Assembly: GCA_030390025.1 (NCBI GenBank)
Contig: CM059431.1
Span: 155,064,001 to 155,128,000, forward strand
DNA length: 64,000 nt
From: Squalus acanthias
Lineage: Eukaryota
Reading direction: 5' to 3'
The notes under the pieces were generated by a model. It was not told the origin of the DNA and did no database searches. It saw only the letters and a program-made list of their open reading frames with translations. Positions 49,452 to 62,250 of the stretch are shown here, piece after piece. Position 1 is the stretch's first letter, and each line of letters opens with the position of its first letter. Made by a program: the position numbers and the translations under genes.

Positions 49452-49989
49452 CTTGAATATGAACAACGTCATTGGTGTAGTCCTTGTAATTCAAGAGATA
49501 AATATTTGACAGATCAGTGATATGAAGGAAAAACTAATCATCATGAAACAAAAAAACTAGAAAGATTCTGACCAATGAGTCAACCATTCATTATTTTAAA
49601 GTTTAGTGCCCAGACACTCTGAGCAAAAAAGACAATATCCGTACACATCATAAATTTCTGAAGTATAAGGACAATGCATTATAAAGCAAGCTTGAGGATT
49701 GTGGGCCGTTTGCTTTTGTATTTTCAGCTTCTGGTAATGAAGAATTCTAAATTACGAGAAATATAGCAAACGTCAATATTGGTAAATTATTGTCATTTTA
49801 TGTTCACAGGTCGATAAGGGTTATGAACGACCCCTGGTTTCGTCATGTAATAAACGATGTTTGAAGTCACGGGTCTGGCCAGCAATCGAGTTCATTCATT
49901 GTTTTCTAATCCTGAGGGTTCCGTTTGTTCTGATTCTGCTGCTCAGTGCTTTTACGGTCAGAAACGTTTTACTGACCAGCACATGAGAC

Positions 49990-50168
49990 GGGAAAGGTAT
50001 CATAGTGGTAATGTCACTGGGTGAGTAATCCGGAGGGCATGGACTAATGATCTAGAGACGTGAGTTCAAATCACACTACATCAACTGGGGAATTTAATTT
50101 CAGTTAATTAAATACATCTGGAATAAAAAGCTAGTTACAGTAATGGTAACCATGAAACTATCGGATTG
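49990..50168 (+). mobile_element. tRNA-headed SINE, 5' part
   Basis: tagtggtaatg...gagttcaaatc A/B boxes; colinear with 61733-61915. Confidence 0.65.
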
Positions 50169-51656
50169 ACCTCGTCCTCGCCAACCTACCTGTCGCAGAT
50201 GCATCTGTCCGTAGCAGTGACGAAGATCCCGTCTTCACACTGAGAATAGATCTAGCAGTTCAAAACTAGGCACACATGAGGCAGCAGCCGAATTGTAACC
50301 TGGGGACGGTGCAACACAGGACTACATGAATGCATGCTTAAAAGCGGAAGCAGCATGCTGTAGACAGGGATAAGAGACCCCGCATTCAACGGACTAGATC
50401 GAAACTCTGCAGCCCTGCCACATCAAGTCATCAATCAATTAACAGGAAGTGGACTGAAGAGCCCCAACCTAGAGGGTGGAGCCCATCACGTGAGTGCGAA
50501 AGCGAAGGCTGAAGCATTTGCAACCATCTTCAGCCAGAAGTGCTGATTGGATGATACATATCGATCGACTCCTGAGATCTCCACCATCGATTCACTACAC
50601 GCTGAGCGCTCTGGATAGAGCAAAGATTATGGGCCCCGACAACATCCCGGCTATCAAGCTGAAGACATGTGCTCTAGCCAAGCTGTTCCAATACAGCTAC
50701 AATAACTGGCATCTATCCGACGATGTGGCAATTAGCCCAGGTCTGTACTGTCCAAAAAAAACAGAACAATTACCGCCCCATCAGTCTACTCTCAATCATC
50801 AGCAAAGTGATGGAAGGTGTCATCGGCAGTGCTATCAAGCAGCACTTGCACGCCAATAACCTGCTCACTGATGCCCAGTTTCGATTCTGCCAAGACCCAC
50901 TCGGCTCCCGACCTCGTTACAGCCTTGGTTCAAACATGGACAAAGGTGCTGAATTCTAGAGGTGAATTGAGAGTGACTGCCCTGGCCAGCATTTGACCGA
51001 GTAGTAAAACTGAATTCAATGGGGAGGGGGCCGGTAATCTCCACTGGATGGAGTGATACCTAACAAAAAGGAAGATGGTTGTGGTGATTGAAGCTCAATC
51101 ATCACAGCCCCAGGACATCGCGGCAAATGTTCCATATTAACGCAGTCTCCTGTGCCGAATCTGCTTCATCAATGAACTTCCCTCCAACATAAAGTCAGAA
51201 ATGGGGATATTTGCTGGTGACTACACAGTGTTCAGTGCCATTCAAAATTACTCAGATATTGAAGCCGTCCATACCCGCATGCAACAGGACCTGGACGACG
51301 TTCAGGCTTGGGCTGGTAAGTGGCAGGTAACATTCACGCCACAGAAGTGCCAGGCAATGACTATCTCCAACAAGCGAGAGTCTAACCACCACCCCTTGGC
51401 ATTCAACGGCATTACAATCCTCAACCTTCAACATCATGGGGGTCACCTTTGACCGGAAACTTAACTGGACCAGCCACATAAATACTTTGGCAACAAGAGC
51501 ATGTCAGGGCTAGCTATTATGCGGCAACTGTCTGACCTCATGAATTCCCCAAGCGTTTCTACCATCTACAAGGAACAAGTAAGGAGTATGATGGAATACT
51601 CTTCACTTGCCTGGATGAGTGCAGCTCCAACAACACTGAAGAAGCTCGAAACCATC
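50169..51656 (+). mobile_element. Multiply deleted copy of the 22390-25425 non-LTR family
   Basis: Colinear blocks: GPDNIP, NYRPISLLS, FAGD, YK.QVR.MEY. Confidence 0.85.
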
Positions 51657-51968
51657 GGTTGAACAATTTTTTAAATTATACTTAATTAACCACTTACCTT
51701 GTTGAAAACGGCGCCTGCGCCTCCTTTTTATAAGCGTAGGTTCTTCACTACTTACCCTCCCGTAGAAACCTGACAAAAAAATCTAAGTTCGCTGCATGCA
51801 TGCTGCCTCTACCGCACACGCGGTTCACCTAGGAACCGCCCCCTTCACCAGACCGGAAGTTCCGGTTTCCCGCGCATGCGCAGTGCATGCAGGAAACCGG
51901 CACTTCGGGACGCATGACGGGTGACTACTCACTGTGTACTCACCCGAGAAGGGCCGAATTTATGGCCC
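51657..51968. mobile_element. Right half of the MITE family
   Basis: Colinear with 38520-38818; ends ccgaatttatggccc. Confidence 0.8.
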
Positions 51969-52044
51969 AGTAATTCAGGTTTAGTATCAAAGGGGGGAAT
52001 GTAAGCTTCGCAAAATCCGCCAGAAACTCGAACAGAAACCTAAG

Positions 52045-53259
52045 TGTAGTGATTTGAGGTAAAACCCTCAGTTTTGGACATTTTTAAAGATCAGGGAAGA
52101 AAACCCTGAGGAAAATGACTTTTTGAATCTTACTGTTGGGAAAGACACCTTTCACAGACACCGACAGACTGCGGAGGGGCGTGGCCAGGCAGTGGATAGC
52201 TTTGTGGATTGGGGCTCAATTAAGATATCTGGGAATGTGTTTACACTGCCATTCTACCAAGGAGGAAGAGACGAAACCCAAAAGCCTCACACAGACATCG
52301 AAATATGAATAAACCAAGACCTCTTTTGAAATTCCCAGGCCCACACAGGATGCCAGGGGCCTGCAATCAATAAAACATTTAATAACCCGATTTACTTCAT
52401 CAAAAACCAATCAACCAGGTATCCACAGGACAGATTTAAATCCCGCCAAAATACCTAGGACAATAGGGACAAGATTTGGCGCCTAGATAAAGGCTTTGCC
52501 TAAACCGGAAGCTATCAGGACATGTTTAACACCAAGTTAAAGCCATCGGAACTGACAACCCCGCCAAAACTAAGAGAATGGACTAAACAGGGCTCATTTG
52601 AAATCTAAAGGAAACCGTTTTAGTGAGGGGTTTTGGGCGCGAAAAAGACAGTATCATTGGTGCCTAATGTCCCAGGACTCGCTCTCTCTGGACTCGCTGA
52701 CAACACTGGCACAGCTCTCTCTCTCTCTCAGCTCTGCTCCAGCAAAGACATCACGAGGCACGAGGAGGAGGAGGAGGAGGAGGAAGGAAGGGCAACAATT
52801 TCAGAAACAGACCATCACACAGTGAAACCGGAGCAACTGCCTCAGTGACCATCGGACACCTCGCAGCAACAAGGGCCTGATGAAACCTTTTACTCAAAAG
52901 ACTCTAAAAACCCTTTCAAGGATTCGTTTGGTGAGCATTATCCCTGATCTCCTGAAACCAAAACCTAGCTAGATAGTGGGATTTTTGGGAGGGATAAGGT
53001 TTTTTTGTTTGGTATATTGTCTCTTCTCCCTCGCCTGTACCGTGTGTTCCCCAACCTGTGTTTAAGTATTACGTGTGTTATAAGTTTGTTACCTTTTTCT
53101 TTTAATAAAGTCAAAATTCTTTCATCAGAACCTGTTGTCTGCTGCATTTTCGTTCACAACCCCTAAATAAGTCCAAAGTATAGGAACCAGGGGCGTGAGA
53201 GCGATTCGAACCGCTCACTGAGTCAGAGGTGAAGGCTGACCCCTGTACCACACCCTACA
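52045..53259 (+). mobile_element. Probable solo LTR (~1.2 kb)
   Basis: TGTAG...CTACA inverted ends, AATAAA at about 53104, no convincing ORF; no clear TSD. Confidence 0.5.
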
Positions 53260-53363
53260 CTTTACCACATGTACCGAATCTAATTCCATTCAGTGTACAA
53301 TTACAGCTAATATTTTACCAATATCTTCTTCTTCTTAGGCAGTCCCTTGGAACCGAGGATGAC

Positions 53364-55126
53364 ATAAGAACATAAGAACATAAGAAATAGGAGCAGGAGT
53401 AGGCCAATCGGCCCCTCGAGCCTGCTCCGCCATTCAATAAGATCATGGCTGATCTGATCCTAACCGCCAATCTACTATCTACTATCACAGAACCATCTCC
53501 TGCATCTAACAGAATTGCACACAAGAAATAGGAGCAGAATCAGACTACACGGTCCCTGGGCCCGCTCCACTACCCACAGGGCCATGACCGATCCGAAAGT
53601 AGACTCATGTCCAAATTCCTGCCCGCTCCCCTTAACCCGTAATGCCCTTTACTTCTAGGAAACTGTCTATTTCTGTTTTAAATTTATTTAATGATGTAGC
53701 TTCTACCGCTTTTTGTGGCGGCATATTCCATGGACCTACCACCCTCTGAGTGAAGTAGTTCCTCCTCATCTCAGTTTTGAAAGAGCAGCCCCTTATTCTA
53801 AGACTATGTCCCCTAGTTCTAGTCTCACCCGTCATCGGGAACAGCCTCCCCGCATCCACCCGATCCAACCCCTTCACAATCTTATATGTTTCAATAAGAT
53901 CGCCTCTCATTCTTCTGAACTCCAATGAGTAGAGTCCCAATCTACCCAACCTCTCCTCATACGACCACCCCCTCATCCCCGGGATTAACCGAGTGAACCT
54001 TTTTTGCACTGCCTCGAGAGCAAGGATGTCTTTCCTTAAGTAAGGACACCAAAACTGTATGCAGTATTCCAGGTGCAGTCTCACCAATACCTTGTACAAC
54101 TGAAGCAATACCTCCCTATTTTTATATTCTATCCCCCTAGCAATGAAAGCCAACATTCCATTTGCCTTCTTAATCACTTGCTGCACCTGCATACTAACCT
54201 TTTGAGTTTCGTGCACCAGGACCCCCAGATCCCTTTGCACTTCAGTGCTCTCCAGTTTCTTGCCATTAAGATAATAAATTGCTCTAGGATTTTTCCTACC
54301 AAAGTGCATCACCTCACACTTTCCAGTGTTGTATTCCATCTGCCAAATCTCTGCCCACTTACTTAGCCTGTCTATGTCCCCTTGCTGGTTTTTTATGTCC
54401 TCCTCACTCACTACTTTCCCTCCCATCTTAGTATCATCTGCAAATTTTGATATGTTACACTTGGTCCCTTCCTCCAAATCGTTAATATAGATTGTAAAGA
54501 GTTGGGGACCCAGCACTGACCCCTGTGGAATACCACTAGTTACTGATTGCTAGTCTGAGAATGAACCATTTATTCCAAATCTTTGCTTTCTGTTAGATAG
54601 CCAATCCTCTATCCATGCCAGAATATTACCCCCAATCCCGTGATTTTTTACCTTAAGCAATAATCTTTTGTGTGGCACCTTGTCAAATGCCTTTTGGAAT
54701 TCTAAATACACTACGTCCACTGGTTCCCCTTTATCCGCTCTATATATTACTTCCTCAAAGAACTCCAGCAAATTTTTCAAACATGACTTCCCCTTCGTAA
54801 AACCATGCTGACTTTGTCCTATTAAATTATGATTATCCAAATGTCCTGTTACTGTTTCCTTAATAATGGACTCCAAAATTTTACCTACCACAGATGTTAG
54901 GCTAACCGGTCTATAGTTACCAGCCTTCTGTCTACTGCCCTTTTTAAATAAGGGTGTTACATTAGCAGTTTTCCAGTCTGCCGGGACCTTAGTGGAATCC
55001 AGGGAGTTTTGAAAAAAATATTACCAATGCATCTACAATCCCTACCGCCACTTCCTTCAAGACTCTAGGATGTAAGCCATCAGGTCCAGGGGATTTATCC
55101 GCCTTGAGTCCCATTATTTTACCATT
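53364..55126 (-). mobile_element. Young 5'-truncated CR1 with ATGAC TSD
   Basis: RT frame broken by a single TAG at 54550-54552; ATGAC at 53359-53363 and 55127-55131. Confidence 0.92.
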
Positions 55127-55515
55127 ATGACTTGCTTCCACAGTAAAAATGAGTTCGCAGGTGACTGATGAGTCCAATGCGGGACCTACAGTCTCTGTCA
55201 CAGGTGGGGCAGACGGTGGTTGAAGGGGCGGCTGAGTGGGGTGCGTGGGTTGACGAGCACTCCTTACGCTGTTGGGCGCTGTACTTCCGCTTGATCCCGG
55301 CGAAGAGATTCGAGGTGTTCGACGACTTCCTGGATGCTTCTTCTCCACTTTGTACGATTTGGGGCCAGGGATTACAGGGAGCCTACTGTCAACAATGGCA
55401 GACGTCGATGACGAAATCCAACACCGCCTTCACTGTGCCAGTGCAGCCTTCGGTCGCTAGAGGAAGAGACGGTTTGAAGACTAGGACCTCAATCTCGGCA
55501 CTAAGCTCATGGTCA

Positions 55516-55800
55516 TGATTTGGCTATGATAAATTGACCCTTAGTGTTAGGGGGGGATTAAATATGTGGGGTTACGGGGATAGGATGGGATATGTTAGGG
55601 GGAATTAAATACGTGGGGTTACGGGGATAGGGTGGGATATGTGTCTGTGCAGGCTCGATGGGGATTCTGTGTGAGGAAGCAGGGATAGGGTACTGGATTT
55701 GGATGATCAGCCATGATCGTATTGAATGGTGGAGCAGGCTCGACGGGCCGAATGGCCTACTCCTGCTCCTAGTTTATATGTTTCTATGTTTCTATGTTTC
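55516..55800 (+). mobile_element. 5'-truncated V-SINE/HE1-like element with CR1-type tail
   Basis: aaattgacccttagtgt core remnant; gggccgaatggcct stem; (tttctatg)n tail. Family name from recall. Confidence 0.6.
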
Positions 55801-56589
55801 TGCAGAGCAGCATTGATACCTGCCCTTCTGTATGCCTCAGACACATGATCCATGTACAACAGGCACCTCAAAAAACTGGAGAGGTAGCATCACCGCTGCC
55901 TCCGCAAGATCCTGCAATTCTATTGGCAGGATAGGCGCACCAACATCAGTGTTCTCGCTCAGACCAACACCCCAGCATCGAAGCTTTGACCACGCTCGAT
56001 CAGCTCCGATGGAGTGTCATATCGTCCGCATGCCCGATAGTAGACTCCCAAAACAAGCGCTCTACTCGGAGCTCCGACACGGCTAGACAGACCAAGGTGG
56101 GCAGAGGAAACGGTTCAAGGACACCCTCAAAGTCTCCTTTACAAATATATACCACCCTTACTGACATTGATTCTGCCTTTCCTTTTTTTTAACAAATCCC
56201 ACAGCATTTTAATTTCCCTTTGCATTTTCCTCTGGTCTTAATAAGTAACTGTACTCCACATTTTCGCAACCTCTGCAAATTCCAATCATGATATATAATC
56301 AAGTTAGTAATTGATTAGAATAGTGGCCGCAGAACTGAATCCTGCGAGGCAGCACCACTACTTTCAACAACTTGTTTGCAGAACAATACTTGGACGTTGA
56401 CGGTAACTTCAATGCAATTTTCAAGTAACTTCAAGATGAGTGTATCCGGTAAGTAAAAATACACTAATATATCCTTTTAGGATATATATATAGAACACAT
56501 ACATATTTGAGTGCCGGCGCCCCACAAGATCAGGCTGTCCAACAGCTCCTCGACCCTCTCTTTGCATTCAGTCACTAGTCTAACGTTAA

Positions 56590-59500
56590 TTTGCAGAAGA
56601 GACGCATTTTACAGCATGGATTTGTGAAAGGTATATCATGCCTGACAAATCCGATTTACATTTTTTGAGGAGGTGACGAAATTAGTGGACAGGGGTACGT
56701 GAATGAATGTTATTTATATGGACATAAGAACATAAGAACATAAGAACATAAGAAATAGGAGCAGGAGTAGGCTATTCGGCCCTTCGAGCCTGCTCCGCCA
56801 TTTAAAGAGATCATGGCTGATCATCTGCCTCAACTCCATTCACCGGCCCTATCGCCATATCACTTGATGCCCGTACTGGTCAGAATCTATCGACTTCTGT
56901 TTTGAATATACCCAATGACTGAGCCTCCACAGCCCTCTGGGGTAGTGAATTCCAAGGATTCACCACCCTCTGCGTGAAGAAATTTCTTCTCATCTCAGTC
57001 CTGGATGGCCTAAGCTTTCTCTTGAGTCTGTGGCCCCTGATTCTAAACTCCCCAGCTGATGGAAATATTCTCCCAAATTCCATCCTATCAAGCCCTGTAA
57101 TAATTTTGTATGCTTCAATGAGATCCACTCTCATTCTTCTGAATTCAAAAGAATTCAGGCACAGTTTACTCAATCGCTTCTCAAACGACTGTCTTGCCAT
57201 CCCAGGAATCAATCTCGTGAACCTTCCTTGCACTCCCGCTATGGCAAGTATCTACTTTCTTAGGTAAGGAGACCTAAAGTGTACACAGAATTCCAGGTGT
57301 GGTCCCACAAAGGCCCTATATAATTGGAGTAAGACTTCTTTACTCCTGTACTCAAATCCTCTTGTAATGAAGGCCAGCATACCATTTGTTTTCCTAAAGG
57401 CTTGCCGCACATGCACATTCACTTTCAGTGACTCATGCACAAGGACACCCAGGTCCCTTTGACCATCTGCATTCCCCAATCTTCCACCATTTAGGATATA
57501 CGCTGTCTTTCTGCTTTTTCTACCAAAGTGGATGACTTCACATTTATCCACAATATATTCCATCTGCCATGTTCTCGCCCACTCACTGAGCCAGTCGAAA
57601 TCCCCTTGAAGCATCTTCACATCCTCTTCGCAACTGACACTGCCACCTAGCTTTGTATCATCAGCAAATTTTGAAACGTTACATTTAGTCCCCTCATCCA
57701 AATCATTGATATAGATTGTGAATAGCTGGGGCCCAAGCACCGAACCTTGCTGTACCCCACTAGTCACAGCCTTCCATTCTGAAAAAGACCCGTTTATCCC
57801 TACTCTTTGTTTTCTGTTTGTTAACGAATTCTCAATCCATGCTGGTGTATTACCCCCAATTCCATGTGCCCTAATTTTGTTCACCAACCTCTTGTGTTGG
57901 AACCTATCGAAGGTCTTCTGAAAATCCAGATACACCACAACTAATGTTTCCCCTTAGTCTACTCCAGCAATTACCTCCTCAAAGCTATCAAATTGGTATG
58001 TCAAACAGGATTTACCTCACATAAATGCATGTTGACTCTGCCCAATCTTACTATTAGTTTCGAAGTGCACAGTTATTGCATCCTTTACAATTGATTCCAG
58101 CATTTTACCATGGCCAACTTTACCCTTATACCCTTCTAGTTTCCTCTGTTTAGATTGAGGACCTTAGTTTCAGATTGGACTACATCACTCTCAAGTTTAA
58201 AGTAAAATTCAATCATATTATGTTCACTTGTCCCTAAAGGCCCCTTTACCACAAGATTATTGATTAGCTCTTTCTCACTACACTGTACCAGATGCAGAAT
58301 AGCCTGTTCCCTGGTTGGTTCCTCCACATACAGATCGAGGAAAACATCTCGCATGCATTCCAAGAATTCGTCCTCCACAGCATTAGTGTTAATTTGATTT
58401 GCCCAGTCAAAATGTAGATTAAAGTCCCCCATGATTACCGTTTTGCCCATGTTACATGCACTTCTAATATCTTGATTGATACTGTGCCCCACATTACCAT
58501 TACTGTTTGGTGGCCTATACACAACACCCACCATTTTTTTCCGCCCTTTGCTATTTCTTAGCTCCCCCCAAATTGATTCCAGTTCTACATCACGATCTGC
58601 CAAGCCAAGATCTTTTACCAATATCGTCCCTTAATCACAGCGCAACGCCACCTCCTTTTCCTTTTTGTCTGTCTTTCCTAAATGTTGAGTACCCTGGAAC
58701 ATTCAGTTCCCAGCTTTGGTTACCCTGCAAGCATGTCACTGTAATGGCAGTTACATCATACCCATTTACTTCTAATAGTGCCATTAATTCATCCACCTTT
58801 TTGTGAATGCTACGAGCATTTAGATACAGTGCCTTCAACTTTGCCTGTTAAATATTTTTCTGCACTTTGAACCTCTTTACTGTTGGCCTTTGTTTCTGCT
58901 CCCTATTGTTTTGCTGACTACTTTTCTAACTTTCACTTCCAGCTTTGTTTCTCTCCGTTCTGGGCCCAGACTTAGGTTCCCAGCACCCTGAAAAATGAGC
59001 TTAAATCCTTCCCAACAGCACTAGAAAGCCCCCCCTGAGAGGATGTTGGTCCCGCTTCTGCCGATGTTTAACCCGTCCAGCTTGTACACGTCCCACCTTC
59101 CCCAGAATCGGTCACAAAGCCTTAGGAATTTAAAGCCCTCCCTCCTACATCATCTCGCCAGCCACGCATTCATCTAATCTATTCTCCTATTTATGCTCTC
59201 GCTAGCACGTGTCACTAGTCTTAATCCTGAGATTACTAACTTTGAGGTCCTGCTTTATAATTTATTTTCTCGCTCCCTATATTCTGCTTGCAGAACCTCG
59301 TCCCTCTTTCTACCTATGTCGTTGGTACCGATATGGATTACGACCTCTGGCTGTTCATCCTCCCACTTCAGAATGTCCGGCAGTGACATCCTTGACCTGT
59401 CACCAGGGAGGCAACACACCATCCTGGAGTCACGTCTGCGGACACAGAAACGTCTATCTGTTCCCCTTACGAGAGTATCCCCGATCACTATTGCTCTCCC

Positions 59501-60850
59501 ACTCTTTTTCCTCCCCTCCTGTGCAGCTGAGTCACTCGTTGTGCCACGGACTTGGCTCTTGCTGCATTCCCCTGAGAAACCATCTCCCCCAGCAATATCC
59601 AAAAAGGAAAATCTGTTGCAGAGGGAGATGGACCCAGGGGACTCCTGCACTACCTTCCGAGTTATTTTACTCTGTCTGGCAGTCACCCATTCTCTTTCTG
59701 CCTATGCCCTCTTTACCTGCGGTGCGACCACCTCGTTATACTTCCGGAAGGCATTTGATAAATTCCCACATAAGAGACTGTTAAATAAAGTAGAAGCCCA
59801 CGTAATTGAGGACAAACTATTGACTTGGTCAGGAAATCAGCTGACCGGCAGGAGATACGAAGTAGGAATAATAGGTAGGTACACACATTGGCAGGAGGTG
59901 ACTAGTGGTACCGCGCAGCCTGAACTATTCACAGTATTTATTAATAGTTGGATGATTGCATAGAATGTAATTTATCCTAATTTGGCGATGACACTTCGTA
60001 GGCAGTGCAGATGAAAGCATAAAATTACAAAGGGATATCGACAGATTAAATGTCTGGGTAAAGCTGTTGCAAATCAATTTCAATGCAGGCAAATATGAGG
60101 CCATCCACTTTGGATCTAAACAGGACAGAACAGGGCACTTTCTAAATGGTGAAAATCTAAAAACAGTGGATGTCCACAGAGTCTTAGGGGTCCTGGTACA
60201 TCGATTATTAAAATGTCATGAACAGGTAAAGAAAATAATCAAAAAGACGAATGGAATGCTGACCTTTACATATAGAGGACTATAATACAAGGGGTTTAGA
60301 AGTTATGCTGCAGCTGTACAAAACGCTGGTTAGATCACACCTGGAGTGCTGTGAGAAGTCCTAGTCACCACACCTCAGGAAGGATATATTGTCCTTGGAG
60401 GGAGTGCAGCGTAGGTTTACCAGAATGATACCCGGTCTCCAAGGGTTAAGTTGCGAGGAGAGAATACACAAATTAAGGTGGTATTCCCTAGAATTTAGAA
60501 GGTTAAGGGGTGATCTGATCGAATTTTTCAAGATATTAAGGGGAACAAACACGGTAGATAGAGAGAAACTATTTCGGCTGGTTGGGGATTCTTGGACTAG
60601 GGGAGCATATTGTAAAATAGAGCCAGATGTTTCTGGAGTGAATTTAGGAAACACTTCTACACACAAAGGCTGGTAGAAGTTTGGAACTCTCTTCCGCAAG
60701 CGGCAAGTGATGCTACATCAATTGTTAATTTAAAGTTTGAGATTGATAGCTTTTAATTATGCATATATATAAAGTGATATGGGCAGAAGGCGAGTATATG
60801 AATTCGGAGCAGGCTCGAGGTGTTCAATGGCCTAGTCCTGATCCAATGTT
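56590..60850 (+). mobile_element. Older + strand CR1 RT/3' end, split by a - strand CR1
   Basis: QHGFVKG...VIYMD ends at about 56722 and resumes as FRKAFDKFPH at about 59741. Confidence 0.85.
56723..59735 (-). mobile_element. CR1 LINE with internal deletion (ORF1 esterase, APE, RT)
   Basis: ORFs 56880-59686; the APE region joins RT directly near 58110; (aagaacat)n tail. Confidence 0.9.
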
Positions 60851-60859
60851 TCTAAGAGG

Positions 60860-61585
60860 TTTGTCTCTGTGACAATTCGCGCGTGGCTCAGGTAAAAATT
60901 TGCTTTTTAATTTGTACCCTAGCTTCTCCAACTTTCTCAGCAGAACTTCATCCCTAATTCTACCTTTTTCGTTGGTTCCGATTTAAAACATTACAATTGG
61001 AACCTCCCCATCCTGCTCCAAATTCTTCTCCAGTCGCGAGGAGATGTCCTTAAGCCTGGCACCGGGCAAACAACAGAACCTTCTGGACTGCTGGTCATGA
61101 CTGCAGAGAGCAGGATCCCACCCGTGAATTCTACTAGCCCCTACATCTACCACATTGATTTTCGCTCCCTCCCCCTGCACTGTAAGGCCTCCTGTACCAC
61201 GATACAGTGGTCAATTTGCCCATTTTGCCGTGCAATATTTAATCTCATCCACACCGGTACCTGTTGGACCAGGACAAAAGCTCAGGCTCCTTCAACACTG
61301 CATCTGAGGTCAGCTTACATGCCTGACTCGCAAGCACATCCTCCTGTAAGGTCTACTAACCAAATGTGAACCAGTACCTAACCCAAGGGCTGTGGCTTTC
61401 TATTGGGTCTAAGTGCCATCTCCCCCTGCCTGGCAAATCACAATGTCTGCACCTCAGACTCCAGCTCAACAACTCTAAACCGACGTTTCTCGAGTGACAG
61501 AATCTTACTGCAGATGTGGTGGTCCAAGTTCACGCTGCCCTCCACAAAATCCCACATGCTGCAGATAAACAGGGCCAGCAGCATA
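60860..61585 (-). mobile_element. CR1 ORF1 fragment
   Basis: CCLPGARLKDISSRLE. Confidence 0.75.
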
Positions 61586-61732
61586 CTATAGACAGATCTA
61601 AGTGATGCTAAACCAATGGATCAGATCAAATCTCTGCAGCCCTGCAGCATTCAATTGTGAATGGTGGTGGATATGTAAACAACTTACGGGAGGAGGAGGC
61701 TTCGGCAACTTGCCCATCCTAAAAGATGGGGG

Positions 61733-61985
61733 ACGGTAGCATGGTGGTTACGTTGCTGGACTAGCAATTCAGAGGCCTGGACTATTGATGATCCAGAGTA
61801 TAGGTAGTTCATATCCCAACAGGGGAGCAGTGGAATTTTAATGCAGTTAATTTAACAAATCTGGAATTGAAAAGCTAGTATCAGTAATGGTGACCAAGAA
61901 ACTACCGGATTGTCGTAACAACCCACCTGGCTCACTAATGTCCTTTATGGAAGGTAATCTGCCGTCTGGCCAATATGTGATTCGA
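61733..61985 (+). mobile_element. tRNA-headed SINE among non-LTR and Penelope-like fragments (61590-62250)
   Basis: ggtagcatggtggtta...gttcatatccc; colinear with 49990-50168. Confidence 0.6.
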
Positions 61986-62250
61986 GAAAGAGAACAAGAG
62001 GTAACGTTTCGTCCGAGATGGAAAACGTTAGAAATATAATAGGTTTTAAACAAGTACAGAGGCAGGGAAAGGTTTATCCTGAAAAGCCCCCTCCCCACTG
62101 ACATTTGGGGACTTGTGTCAAAATTGGGAGAGCTGTCCCACAGACTAGTCAAGCAAGAACCCTGTCATAATCATAATCACAGAATCATACCTTTCAGGCA
62201 ACGCCCCAGATTCATCCAGCACGATCCCTGTGTATGCCCTGTCCCACCGC

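Larger units (their letters stand above)
53325..56140 (-). mobile_element. RTE-clade LINE with 5' inversion, interrupted by a CR1 and a SINE
   Basis: (GAA)n tail at 53325; CPTCDRDCRSRIGLISHLRTH on -; GSLLS...DEIQHRL..ASAAFGR and RMPDSRLPKQALYSEL...RKRFKDTLK on +. Confidence 0.85.

Noticed and set aside
59193..59963. 256-aa ORF
   Set aside because: Antisense of CR1 ORF1 running into the resumed older CR1 RT; a junction artefact.
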